DNA of 64,000 bases from the human T2T-CHM13v2.0 reference genome, Homo sapiens: assembly GCF_009914755.1 (NCBI RefSeq), contig NC_060927.1, one strand, 5' to 3'. The notes under the pieces were generated by a model. It saw only the letters and a list, made by a program, of their open reading frames with translations, made no database searches and was not told where the DNA came from. Positions 13,946 through 26,281 of the stretch are shown here, one piece after another. Each line of letters opens with the position of its first letter. The first letter of the stretch is position 1. A program made the translations under genes and the position numbers.

Positions 13946-14525
13946 ACATTGGGAATATATTTCCTGGCCCATTGCTGTCCTCTTGACTTTACAGAGCTAA
14001 AATTAAGTAGCACTTAGTAAACCTAATATGTTATTTCAACTCCTGACTTGAACATGGGAAATTTCACAAGAATATAAGATCAAAAGTCAAAGACTGTTTT
14101 TCCTCTATAAAATGTTCTTTCTCTATTTAAAGGTGAAAAACTATATATGATTATTTTATATATATATATACAGCGATTATGACCTTATATTCTAAACTTT
14201 CAGTTTGTTTTTTTCTAAAGACTTCTGTGGAGTTGGCAGATGAATGAGAAATAAAATACTATCCTTCTAAATTCTTTAAGATATGCCGAAGTATGTCTAT
14301 TTAACTGGGTTAGCTCTGAGTTAAGATCATTAATCCACAGTCCTGGTGTACAACAGCCAATGGTGGTCTGGTGATGTTAAGGGGTGTTGCTGAAATACTA
14401 AAAAGAAAATAAATTTTTGTTTATTTCCATTTATAAGATGAATACATGCCATAGAGCATGTTTAGAAGTGTGTTTTGAAATCAGAGTGTAGCAACTTGCA
14501 AAGATTATGGATCATGAGGCTAGCA

Positions 14526-14726
14526 CAAGGTTTCTCAACCTCAGCATAATTGACATTTTAAGAGAGAGGATTCTTTGTTGCAGGGCGCTGTCCTGAGTAA
14601 AGCAGGATCCCTGGTTTCCACTAGATGCCAGTAGCATCCCCCCTCGAGTTGTGACAATCACAAATGTCTCCAGACATTGCCAAATGTGCCCTGGAGGTCA
14701 AAATCATCCCCAGTTGAGAATCACTG
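14526..14726 (+). mobile_element. MER20 hAT-Charlie element
   Basis: 'tttctcaacctcagca...ccactagatgccagtagca...aatgtctccagacattgccaaatgt...gttgagaatcactg'. Confidence 0.9.
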
Positions 14727-16634
14727 GACCAACAGCTCTGCTGTGGGGCTCCTTTGTTGCCTGGATGCTTCTTCATTCCTTCAAAATTTATGAATTGAGC
14801 TTTAACCACTTACCTAGTACCTGATTCATTCATCGGGAAATGACCTGCAAAATATGGCTTTTTCATTATGAGCTTTCTGCTCATATTATTACCATACTAT
14901 TTTGAAACAAATTCACATTTCGTAGCAGTCTAATTCATTATTATAAAATCCAAATCGTGCCGAAGTTCCCAGTTTCTACTCTTCCTAGAGCAGAGCTTGT
15001 AGCAAGAGTTTAGGTCATAACTTCTAATATAGTTATTAAATTACAGAAGAATATATTCTAGAATATTCTACGTATAGACCAATGGAATGAAATTTGAAAA
15101 ACATTTTTGGAAGGTGTCTGAATAGTTTGTTTACATATGTGATTTTCAAAAGCAAGTATTTACCTAGGTGAGAAAAATATAAATATGATTCACTCTTAAT
15201 AAAGTTAATTATTTGTCAGGTTAAAGAAAATCACCCCGTAAGCATGCTAAGAGCAGTGACAAATAAGATATTTTCCATATTGAACTTTTCACCCCAGGTT
15301 CTTGGGTCCACATTTTTATTTTCTATTGAAGAAGATTCAGATGATTTTTAAAAACTGTAGAAGTGACTAGCAGGAACAAGTTATAAAATTAATGCTGTGC
15401 ATCCATAAACTTGGAGAGATCATTTTGTGTGCCTGAACTGCTTGAAAGGCACTGTGTTAGCATCATGTTTAAAACTTGACAAATTCATGTCATATTGATA
15501 ACACTCTATGTAATTTTTAAATTAGCTTTGCTCATATTTTTACATTTCACTTTTTTCCTCTCCTGATTATCTTCACCTTTCCATTTTAGTTCTTATTGTG
15601 TAGACCCAAAGACTAAAAGAATGAAACTGTCTGCTCAGAAATAAATCCACTGGGAGAACATTGATTTTTTTTCAAGCCCACATGTGTGTGTGCACACACA
15701 ATAAGATAAAGAAAAAAGGGAGGGCAGGAAGGGAAGGAAAGGGAAAAGAAGGGAGAGAAAAATGTTAGGGAGTTGCTAAAAATATTTACAACTGGAAATG
15801 TGCCTTACAGCACAATCCCTTGTCCCTGTTTTATTAAAATAAAACTAAAAAGGAAAAGACAACACTAAACTTTAATGAGAGAAGTTGTAACAAAAATCCA
15901 GGGCATTTGTTTGGGTTAGACACTGGAATAACCTGTGGTGAGGAGCTATTGGTTCTTTGCAGGCTTAGGTAACCGCAGCGTGGAAACCACTTCTTCCTCT
16001 TGCAGGGGAAGTTGAGCAAAACCAAGCATAGATGCTCTATGAGTATGAGCTGTCAGAAGTGCTGGCATGTGGAAACCATCACTTGAAATTTGATTAGTCT
16101 CCCAAACCATCGAGGTTGGCCCTGAAGATGATATAATGAAAAGCTGAAAGTCTTGAGAAATGGACCAGTGTTTTGTCCTTCTTTCACTGTGGAACCTTGA
16201 GTGTCTCCTTTTCCTCACTTAATGTGCTGCAAGGGTGTTATAGGAATTACAAGGATGCTCAACACACATTCCTTATCTTTTAGGAGCTTTTAATACATTA
16301 GGCCCTCTAGGAAGAATAGTCAAGAGAGAGTCATCTTTTCTTGAAAACTGTTCATGAGGCACCAGTGAATTTTTATTTTTGGTCTTGTTAATATTCAGGC
16401 TGAAAACAAAAAATGGTTAAAAGCATTATTTTAATGTATATCTTTAACTCATTTATTTTGTATTACCTGCTTAGCAAAATTATTAAGACAGGATTATGGT
16501 TTATATACCTTTTCTTAGCTCTTACTATATTATTTTGAAATAACCTGAGAAATATATGTGTGTGTATGTATGTATTTAATATATTGAGCTATTGAATATA
16601 TATTACATATTTTGTAATATCTTCCTTTTCTACT

Positions 16635-16725
16635 AAAAGATGAACTTATCAAGAGCAGGCTCCATGCTTTATTCATCTTTGGAACCACAGAGCCTAGCAT
16701 ACAGTAGAGCTCAATAAATGCCACA
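16635..16725 (+). mobile_element. L2 3' end
   Basis: 'gagcagg...tttattcatctttg...cacagagcctagcatacagtagagctcaataaatg'. Confidence 0.65.
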
Positions 16726-17749
16726 CTGAACCAAGCTTGGAAATGTGATATGTGATCTGTTTGTAATTAAAGAAAAGTAAGTTTAGGTTAAATAAGTTTA
16801 CTTTTTATAAAAAGTTACATTCCCACTGCCTAAGAGGTGACTGAGCTAGCTCTTGTCAGATTATCTAAAAAGTTGGCTCTGCAGAGGTGCAAAGGCACAC
16901 ATATTTCTTTGAGCACTTCTTCCTTTCCTAGGGAGAATGTGGTTGGCTTCCCTATTCAGTCCTGTTCCCTTTCATTCTGCCATGCCAGGAAAGATCCATA
17001 TGTACAGTGAACCCCAGTGTTTCTATTTATTGATTTCCACCTCATCTTATTCCCAAAGGGATCTGAGTTGGAAAACTCCAGTACGAATTGTGTACCTAGT
17101 GACCATGTTGGCCTGATTCTTCTGCTCCCTTTGCTTGGTCTTTCCTTAAGAAATTGTGCTCTGACTGGTTTCCAACTCTAGTTGCTAACAACATGTCAGG
17201 TAAATAATAAATGAAGCAACATATGTATTTCTTATGTGCCATGGAAGATTTACTCTGAATAAATAATAAAGCATTGAGAGGATAGCGAGACAGGTTCCGA
17301 AGGATTGTTTCCATCAAGCTCTCCAATCCATCTGGTATATAACAAACAGATTTAACCTAAGCAATTTCTTTTGTACCCATGAATTATTTTACCCCACCCC
17401 CTTTGGGTAGAAGGAATCATGAGAGTAAAATGTGGTTTCTACCAGTAAGTTGTGAAAATGCTGACAAGTGGTAGGATATTCAAGGAGACAGGATAGAAAA
17501 CACTGTTACTCAGTAACGGTTACGTTGTAATGATGAAAAACCTTGTTCCATTTGTGCCCTTTCCGACAAAGCAGGTTGCAAGAAACTTCACTGAATTTTG
17601 AATTCTCTTGAATGGTTTAGTCATCAATTTTACCTTCCTAATATATGTGTGTAGATGTTTTCATTAATACATTTAAGTACAGTGAAGCCACATGTGTCTT
17701 AGTGCAAGCAAAGATTTGAACTTTGTATATATCATTGATATCTTTTAAA

Positions 17750-17937
17750 GCAAGCATCAGCGACTTCTCTTGGAAGTGTCAAATTGTAAATATTTTTGGT
17801 TGTGTGGGCCATGCCATCTCTGTTGAAACTACTCAATAATACAAAATGAATGGATATGCTGTGTTTCAATAAACCTTTATTTACAATAACAGGTGGCAGT
17901 CTGAACATGGCCCACGGGCCTGTAGTTTAATGATCTT
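17750..17937 (+). mobile_element. MER58A-like hAT MITE
   Basis: 'gtaaatatttttggttgtgtgggccat...tctctgttgaaactactcaa...caataaacctttatttacaataacaggtggc'. Confidence 0.75.
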
Positions 17938-19014
17938 TAACAAAATGCGAAATGGGTAATATGGGAAAGAAGCACCTGTCTATATAACATCTGATCATCT
18001 TGTGTAACCACATTTATAATCAAGTTCGACCTAAATATTTAAATTTCTTGCATATTAGATCTTTTTTTCCCCTAGACTGCATATGAATCAGTTGCCATTA
18101 CCAAATAAGAAAATAATGCGTTTGTCACCATGAAACATTGCCCTCCCCCTTAACATAATTCCTCTTAGTATATCCCTCTCTTTTACTTAACTGCTGGTGA
18201 TAAACCTCACTTGTGAGAACGGCCAGGGATTTGCTGCCAGAATGACTTAGCATCTTCAAGCCCCTGCCTGCAGCTCTTGAAAAAGCTCCGAAGCTCAGCT
18301 GGCTGCCTGGGCTGGCACTCTGTTTCTGTGGGTTAGAGTGGGTATCACATTTCTAATGGATTAGCTGACTATTGGGAATGCAGAAGGGTTTTTAAAGTCT
18401 CTTAACTTCTAAATGCAGCACATAAATGGAGTTCTATGAATATTTAATTCGAGTGCAAGACCCGAAGTTCTTTGCAATTAGTTTAACTGTTGCTTTCAGG
18501 AGAGAGAGTATTTCCTTTGAGTGTTGTAGGGTTTACAGTACACTCTTTGTTTTCCTCACTTCAGAGCTTTCCATGAGCTGGATCATGATCACTTTTTTAC
18601 AATGTTCAAAATCCATTCCTTTTTTGGTACATCTAGCACATATCTTCTCCTACTCATTAGTAAAGAGATGGAGTTTTCAGGTACAATATCTCTTACATTT
18701 TCATTTAGCAATCTTCCCTCTTATATCTTCCGTTAGGATCTCAGTGGAACTTAAATACTTAGATTTGCCTAATGGCTAGCAGCCTCTGCTACAAAATTTA
18801 TTTGCTTACCCTTCCAATGAAATAAACATTATAATGGCTATGCCATGGACAGGCTCTCTTTCTCTTTTTATGTGTCTTTCCTCCTTTCTCTCTTCTCTCC
18901 TTTCTTCTTTATTTTCTTCTCCCCTTTCCTTACCTTAAAGTGAATATGGTAGCAGTGTCATTCAAATTATTTTATTCACCAAATGTTTTTTAAGCACTTG
19001 ACATATGCATGAAA

Positions 19015-19590
19015 TCAAGCTGTCATCATTGCTTGCACAGATTATTGCAACAGCTTTTTAAATTGTCTCCATGTCTCCAGTTAGTCCTTCTTCAGTTCCT
19101 CTTCTCCAGCCATGCTGGAGTAACATGCAAGTCTAAACTTTTCAAAATGTAAGTCTCACCATGTCAGTGCAATTACATCCTAACATCTGAGGACACAGGA
19201 CAACACTTTGATTTGCATTTTCAGCCTTTTCTGAGTTTGGCTCTAGCAACATGCAGAACTCATCATGCCTCCTTCTCGCTTGTGCATCAGACAAACCTGA
19301 TTTATCTCAGTTCCCTAAACATGGCTAATTGTTCCCCATACCACCATATTTGTCCTATATCACCTCTTTACTTATTTATTCCTTTGAAAATGTTATTTTT
19401 TCCCAAATTGGGCCACTTTCTCTACCTTACTTGTTTTTAGTAAAATTCTTTTCACTGTACTCTAATATTACTTGATTGTAACAACTAGATGTAATTTCAT
19501 AAGAAGAAGGTATGTGCCTTTTCATTTTGGAGTTCCAAGCACCCAGCACAATCTTTGGCACATAGAGATGTACAGCAAATGTTGAATAAA
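19015..19590 (+). mobile_element. L2 LINE fragment
   Basis: 'catcattgcttgcacagattattgcaacagctt...ctccatgtctcc' through the 3' end 'cccagcacaatctttggcacatag...aaatgttgaataaa'. Confidence 0.6.
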
Positions 19591-20211
19591 CATCTAGTCC
19601 TCAGTGCTGAGGTACAAAGCTAGAGAAAGAACTTATATTCTGTCCTGTATAAATTAAAGTTTCCTGTGTTTTCACGAAGTTATTGTTAGACTTTGCTGAT
19701 TTATCATATTGTTTTTCTATCTCATTTGAATCTCATTTTTAAACATATCTTTTTCTCTTGTCTATCTGCTAATGTCTTTCTAGCTCCATTATTAATCTTG
19801 TGAATAAATGTTCTAATGTATTCAACATGTAATGTCTTAACAGTTTTCTGTAATTTGTGGCATCACCATCTGCTATCTTGTGGTGGAATCAGGAAAATAC
19901 TGTGTGTTGTGCTTTGTGGAGAGTGTATATGAATTAAGGCAACACTGTACTTCTCTTTCACAATGTACTTACCACAACAACAGGACAACATAAGACCTTC
20001 TGTGACAACATCTGTGGAGAAATAAATCCTTCTGTGTATGAAAGCATCTGTTTCCCTTATACCTCTATATGGTTAGGAGATGTATTTGTCCATGCCTTTG
20101 TTTATTTAGCATAAATAAATTTATTTTCCACAGGATAGTTGGAAATGTATAAATATTCCATGTATATAGATATAGATATATATACACACATGCAATACCC
20201 TCCACACATTT

Positions 20212-20536
20212 TATATTTTTAATATTTTATTTTTAAAATTTATTTGTTTCTTAAGATGGAGTCTTGCTCTGTCACTCAGGCTGGAGTGCAGTAGCATGAT
20301 CATGGCTCACTGCAGCCTCAAACTCTTGAGCTCAAGAGATCCTCCTGCCTCAGCCTCCCAAGTTGCTCAGAAAACAGGCACACACTATCATGACTGACAA
20401 TTTTAAAAATTTTGTTGTAGAGATAGGGTCTTGCTTTGCTGCCTAGGCTGCTCTCAGGCTCCTGGCTTCCAAGCAGTTCTCCAGTTTGGGCCTCCCAAAG
20501 TGCTGTGATTATAGGCATAAACCACCATGCCTGGCT
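20212..20536 (-). mobile_element. AluJ
   Basis: J diagnostics 'gatcatggctcactgcagcctcaaactc...gctcaagagatcctcc'; 14-bp TSD ccctccacacattt (20198-20211 and 20537-20550). Confidence 0.92.
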
Positions 20537-21044
20537 CCCTCCACACATTTAAAATATGAATAGATCCTGAAAATACTTTGCAATGATGACTTATTCAGAG
20601 TTTCTGACCATTTCATGCAGTTTGGTAAGACTTTGAAGTCAACAAAATGCATATTTCAACTCTTCACTGTTTTTATTTGAAATTATTTTATTTCACTTAA
20701 CTTTTGATTTATCTACCTTTAGTCATACAAGAAATTATAATTACATTGAATATATCCCCATCTGCACCTTCATCTCCAATTTGTTCCATCTCTTTAGACA
20801 CAGTTGTTATCAAATATCAGTTTGGTGTATAAACTTTCAGACATTTTTCTAAGCATTTATATAAATATCGATATATAGAGATATATACATCCTCATAAAT
20901 GTTTTCATAACATGTACATTTATATATATGTAATTTTATACCTTTAGCATAAATATATATACAATTAGCAAAATATCAGAAAATACAGATTATCTGATTC
21001 CCTTTGACAACCACATTATACTCCACAGAATGTATAATGGAGTC

Positions 21045-21570
21045 ATCTATCTGAAAGCAGCCAAACGTCCTCTACCTATGGCTCAAACAATATAGACATT
21101 TGTTATATCACTAACACAATAACTGAAGATAATACGTTCAGGGCTGGGTCAGTGGCTTGGCAATGTTATTCAGGGAGCAATATTCTTTTTATCTTTCCTA
21201 ACCATCCTCACATGTTGGCACTTTCCTTCAGGCTTTTTGACTACTTCGGCTCTAGGCTCTGTTCATACTGCATTTACAAGCAAGAGCAAGGAGGCCAGGG
21301 CAAAATAGCTTTTATTTTATTAGAAAGTTCAGTACCTTTCCACAAACTTCCCATTGCATCTTACTCACCAAAATTGGGTCAATTCCACACTAGTTGCAAG
21401 GGAGGGTGGGGACATGAACATCCAGCAAAGGGGAAACAAATAGTTTTAATTGGATTAGACCCATAATGACTTATCATTGAGACTTCACATACTGCTGAAA
21501 CAAAACTGTTCAGCTTATAAGGAAGAAGAAAGGGATGACAAATTGATTGCTAACATATTCTGCCATAGAA
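21045..21570 (-). mobile_element. Old MaLR LTR (MLT1K/L-like) inside degenerate L1ME sequence
   Basis: 'tggctcaaacaatatagacatttgttatatcac...cagggctgg...cagtggcttggcaatgttat...ccatcctcacatgttggc'. Confidence 0.5.
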
Positions 21571-21644
21571 GGCAGTTATTTAATTTTCCAAACTCATTGA
21601 CATTTAGATTATGTATACTCTGTGCTATTAAAAATAATACTTCA

Positions 21645-21947
21645 GGCCAGGCGCTGTGGCTCACGCCTGTAATCCCAGCACTTTGGGAGGCTGAGGCAGG
21701 CGGATCATGAGGTCAAGAGATCGAGACCATTCTGGCCAACATGGTGAACCCCCATCTCTCTCTAAGAGTACAAAATTTAGCTGGGCATGGTGGTGCATGC
21801 CTGTAGTTCCAGCTACTCAGGAGGCTGAGGCAGGAGAATCGCTTGAACCCAGGAGACAGGGGTTGCAGTGAGCCCAGATCGCACCACTGCACTCTAGACT
21901 GGCAATAGAGGGAGACTCCGTCTCAAAGAAAACAAAAACAAAAAAAA
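21645..21947 (+). mobile_element. AluSc
   Basis: Sc-type 'ggatcatgaggtcaagagatcgagacc...ggccaacatggtg' and 'ctggcaa' (single-G loss); acttca repeated at both ends. Confidence 0.92.
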
Positions 21948-23152
21948 ACTTCAATAAAAATTATTGTATGTACTTCCTGGTTCATGTGTGGTATATTTCT
22001 CTTATGGAAATACAATGACAAGGAATTGACGTACTGTGGAATACATATGTATGTATGCATGAGTATATGTATGTATCTGTGAGGTAGATATTATGTTCAT
22101 TAAAGCTTTAATGAAAGCCAACCCTGAGTCTATTTGGATTTAGTGATACTTTTAAAGGTAAAGCTTGACTTCCTTTTCATTTTCCTTTATGAGTCAATGA
22201 TGGTAAGAATATTTTTTCCAAGTAATATTGTCTAATATACTAGCTTAACGTTAAACATTATTTTCCTTTTTTCTTTCTTGCCTTCTTTTTATTTTCCTTT
22301 AAATCATCCCTTTTATCTATAGTTATTTCCCCCTAAAGTTGGCTTCTTGGTGCCTTTTTTCTTTTTTCCTAAAGTTGATTTCTTTCAGCCTTCTTTTTTC
22401 TTTCAAAGACTGTAATTTCAAATATTTTTTTCTCTATTTTAGTGGACTTTTAAGAAAACTAACTTTCAACTTCATTAAATTGTACTTTTTTCAAGTATGT
22501 GTTCCATAATTTTGTTTTCATTAATTCCTTCTTTATATTTTATTTAGTTGAAAATCAGATTTTTTAGGGGAAGGGAAGAGATCTTCTATGTATTTCCATA
22601 TTCTTTCCATTGTGACCCCTGAGAATGACTTGTAGGAATTCTTCCTGTTGGTAACCTAAGACATATTTTTAGTCAATAAGTTATTTCCTAAGAGAGAATG
22701 TGTATCCTATATTTAGGGAACAAAGTATTATAGATTATGTATATCTGTGTCTTGTTTCTTCTTATATTCAAATCCTCTATAGCAGCACATTTTGGGGGAC
22801 TGTGTAATCTGTGAGTTTCTTAGAGATAAAATAAAATTTTATAGTTATATAGGTATGCATCTCTCTACTCTAACATTGTTCTTCTTTTTGATTTTAAAAA
22901 TTCATTTCAATTATATTGTGTGCTTGAGGTTTCTAAGGTTTCATCTTTTGAGTAGATAATTCCCTAATCTGTATGAGATATCCATTTGCCAATTGTAATG
23001 GTTTTATCTTTGAATTTCCTATCAGTATATTGGTTCTCTGAGTATGTTTTTTGTTTGTTTGTTTTTGGTTTTGGTTTTGGTTGTAAGTGTCATTCTTGCT
23101 ACTGGTTTAAAAAAAAATTTAACAATTTATGGTTGGGTTAATTTTTTCCAAT

Positions 23153-23897
23153 TTTTTATTGTGGTAAAATACATATAAAATGTATCATTTTAACCAACTT
23201 GAAACAAACAGTTTGGTAGTATAAAATACATTTATATTGTGCAACCATCACCACCATCCATGTCCAGAACTCTTCTCTTGCAAACCTGAAATTCTATACC
23301 CATTAAACAATAATCTCCCATTCCTCTCCCCTGTGTTCCTGGTAACTATTATTCTACTTTTTTTCTCTATGTTTTTGACTACTCTGAGTACCTCATATAA
23401 GTGGAATCAGATAGTGTTTGTCCTTTCATGATTGGCTTTTTTCTCATCATATGATATCCTCTAGCTTCATCTATATTGTAGCGTATATCTGAACTTTCTT
23501 CTTCTTTAAGGCTGAAATGTATTTCATTTATGAATAATGGAATATTATTTTACTTCTCCATTCACCCATTGATAGACCGTTAAGTTGCTTCCACATTTTA
23601 GCTATTGTGAATAATGCTGCTATAAACGTGGGTGTGCAAATATCTCTTTAAGACTCTACTTTTGATTATTTTGGATTTAAATCTACAAGTGAGATTGCAA
23701 AATCAAATAATTCTATTTTTAATATTTGTGAGGAACTGCCATACTGTTTTACATTATGACCATACAATATTTTTACCAACAGTGTGCAAGTGTTCCAACG
23801 TCTCCACATCCTCACCAACACTTGTGGGTTTTTTGTTTTTATTTTTTTAACAGTTGCCATCCCAAAGCTTGTGAAGTGGCATCTCATTGTAGCTTTT
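23153..23897 (-). mobile_element. L1MB-type LINE-1 3' end
   Basis: 'ttattgtggtaaaatacatataaaa...ttgtgcaaccatcaccaccatccat...tacccattaaacaataa...gtacctcatataagtggaatca'. Confidence 0.85.
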
Positions 23898-24221
23898 ACT
23901 TACATTGTGGTTAGGGGTTCAATTTTGTTCATGAGATCTCCTATGAGCCCTTCAGTAGATGCCATATTTGTTTCCCAACACCTGCTCTAGAGATATAGGT
24001 GAGTCTTATTTCTGGGAAGGATATGTTTCAACTTAATATCTATGGACAGCAAGAGAAGAGAGCAGGGACGCTGAAACGTGTAACAAGACAATAGCCAATC
24101 TTCTGGGAAGGGGCCCTCCCATTTTTACTGAGTGTCACTAAGCGCTAGGGATTCTGCCTCCTTTTTTTTTTTTTTTTTTTTTTGAAGAAAGCATCCACTG
24201 TCCCCAAGTGCAAAGTTTCCT

Positions 24222-25365
24222 TCATTTATTTACTAAATACTCAGTAAGAGCCTATTATGTTGTAGACTCTGTTTTAGGAGGTAAGAATACCAGAGTGAAG
24301 AAAACTAATATAGACTATGCCTTCATGGAGCATGCATTTCAGTAAGGGGAGACAGATAATAAATAAAGAAGCAGGTCGAAGATATGCCTAGTAGAGATAA
24401 GTGCTTTGGAAAAAAAAAAGGTTTTATTTATTTTCTATTTTGGTGTAATAAATTGTCACCTATCTAGAAATTGCCACTTAGAAGCTCAAAAATAACACAA
24501 ATTTTCTATCTCAGAGTTTCTTGTGGTCAGGAATCCTACCTGGTATAGCTGGATTCTCTATTTAGGATCTCACATGGCCAAAATCAGGGTGTCATTCAAG
24601 ACTGCTATCTCATCAGAGGCTTGAGGACCTCCTCCAAGCTTATTGAGCTTATTGGCTGAATTCAGTTTCTCATGTTTGTAGGAATAAGATCCCTGTTTCT
24701 TTACTGACTATCTACCAGGGGGCTGTTGTCAGCTCTTAGAATCTGCCCCCCATTTTCTGCCATGTGGTCCTCTCCACAACATGGCAATTGCTTCTCTAAG
24801 ACCAGCAGAAAAATCTCCCTGCTGCTTTGAAGTTCTGACTTCGCCTATCTCTGACCTATAAATGGAGAGTCAAAGGATTCAAATGATTAGTTCACAGGAA
24901 ATCTCCCTTTCTTAAACTCAACTATGCCTTTTAGCATAATCTAATCAGGGAAGTAAAATCCATCATATTCACATTCCTGTGAGTTATGCAGGACATGGAC
25001 ACAAAGGGGTGGGGATCACAGACGCCATGTTAGAATTCTGTCTTCCCCATAGGATGAGGGGATAGATAGTAAAGAAGTGAGATAAGCCTGTTGCCCTTTA
25101 TGTGGGGTGATATGGGGCAGCTCTCTGGCATGTGACCTTTAAATACAGCTGTGAGATTTTTGGAGGGAGAGTTTTTTCCAGGATTAAAGAATAGTAAGTG
25201 CCATGTCTGAAGCAAGAGCGGGATGAATATGTGTTTGAGACACCAAGCGGTACTGTGTGGCTGAGGTAGAGTGATTAACAGGGAGAACAGAGGGAGATTC
25301 ATGCAAGAGACTCAGATAAGGTTGGACCTTGAAAGCCATCATAACAACTTTGGTTTTTACTCATA
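24222..25365 (-). mobile_element. L2 LINE interrupted by an MLT1 LTR
   Basis: Antisense L2 3' end 'ttcatttatttactaaatact...gagcctattatg...gccttcatggagc' resumes after about 25060 ('ggaccttgaaagccatcataacaactttggtttttactc'). Confidence 0.65.
24430..25050 (-). mobile_element. MLT1E-like MaLR LTR
   Basis: 'taacacaaattttctatctcagagtttc...ggtcaggaatcc...atctcacatggccaaaatcagggtgtc...ttagaattctgtcttccccata'. Confidence 0.7.
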
Positions 25366-25506
25366 TCTGTTGCTTTTTTGTGTATATAATCACAATTTTA
25401 AATGCTGACTTTAAAAAATCCATATTCTAAAAAAAAAAAAAGCTTTATAAAGTTGAGTTGGGATGCATTTACAAAAACATACATGGACACAAAACCTATA
25501 GTTCTT

Positions 25507-26012
25507 TCTAAAAATTTTAGAACAGTTGTAGGCTTATAGAAGACTTGAGCAAGTAGAACTGAGAGTTGCCATTTAACTCGCTCCTTCTTCCAGTGCTTTC
25601 CCCTGTTATTAACATCTTGTGTTAGTGCAGTATATTTGTTATAGTTGATGAGACAATATCAATGCATTATTAACTAAAGTTCATAGCTTACATTAGGGTT
25701 CATACTTCGTGCTATACAATTCTATGGGTCTTGAGAAATGCACAATGTTATGTATCCACCCTTAAAGTATCATACAGAATAGTTTCACTGCGCTAAAAAT
25801 CTGTTGAGTTTAACTATTCATCTGTCTTCTCTTCCTCTCCCCTGAGCTCAAGGCAACCATTTATCCTTTACTGTCTCTATAGTTGTGCCTTTTCCAGAAT
25901 GTTATATAGGTTGATATAGAACACAGCCTTTTCAAATTGGCTTCATTCACTTACCAATGTGCATTTAATGTTTCTTCATGTCTTTCCATGACTTGTTGGC
26001 TCATTTATCTTT
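25507..26012 (-). mobile_element. L1MC1-like 3' end
   Basis: 'ttttagaacagttgtaggcttataga...cattattaactaaagttcatagcttacattagggttca...atcatacagaatagtttcactg'. Confidence 0.85.
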
Positions 26013-26035
26013 TTTATACATTTTTTAAAAATTAA

Positions 26036-26281
26036 ATCTTTATTTTAGATTTAGACAGTACATGTGCAGGGTTGTTACAACAATGTTTTGCATGGTGCTG
26101 AGGTTTGGGGTATGATTGAACCCCTCACCCAGGTAGCGAGCATTATACCCAACAGGTAGTTTTTCAACCCTTGCCCTTGCACCTCCCTTTTTTCTCTTGT
26201 GGTCCCAGTGTCTGTCGTTCCCATCTTTATGTCCATGTGTACCCAATGTTTAGTTCTCGTTTATGAGAATGTGCAGCATTT
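26036..26281 (-). mobile_element. L1PA15/16-like 3' end (5'-truncated)
   Basis: 'gtacatgtgcagggttgttaca...gctgaggtttgggg...cacccaggtagcgagcattatacccaacaggtagtttttcaacccttg...tgtgtacccaatgtttag'. Confidence 0.85.
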
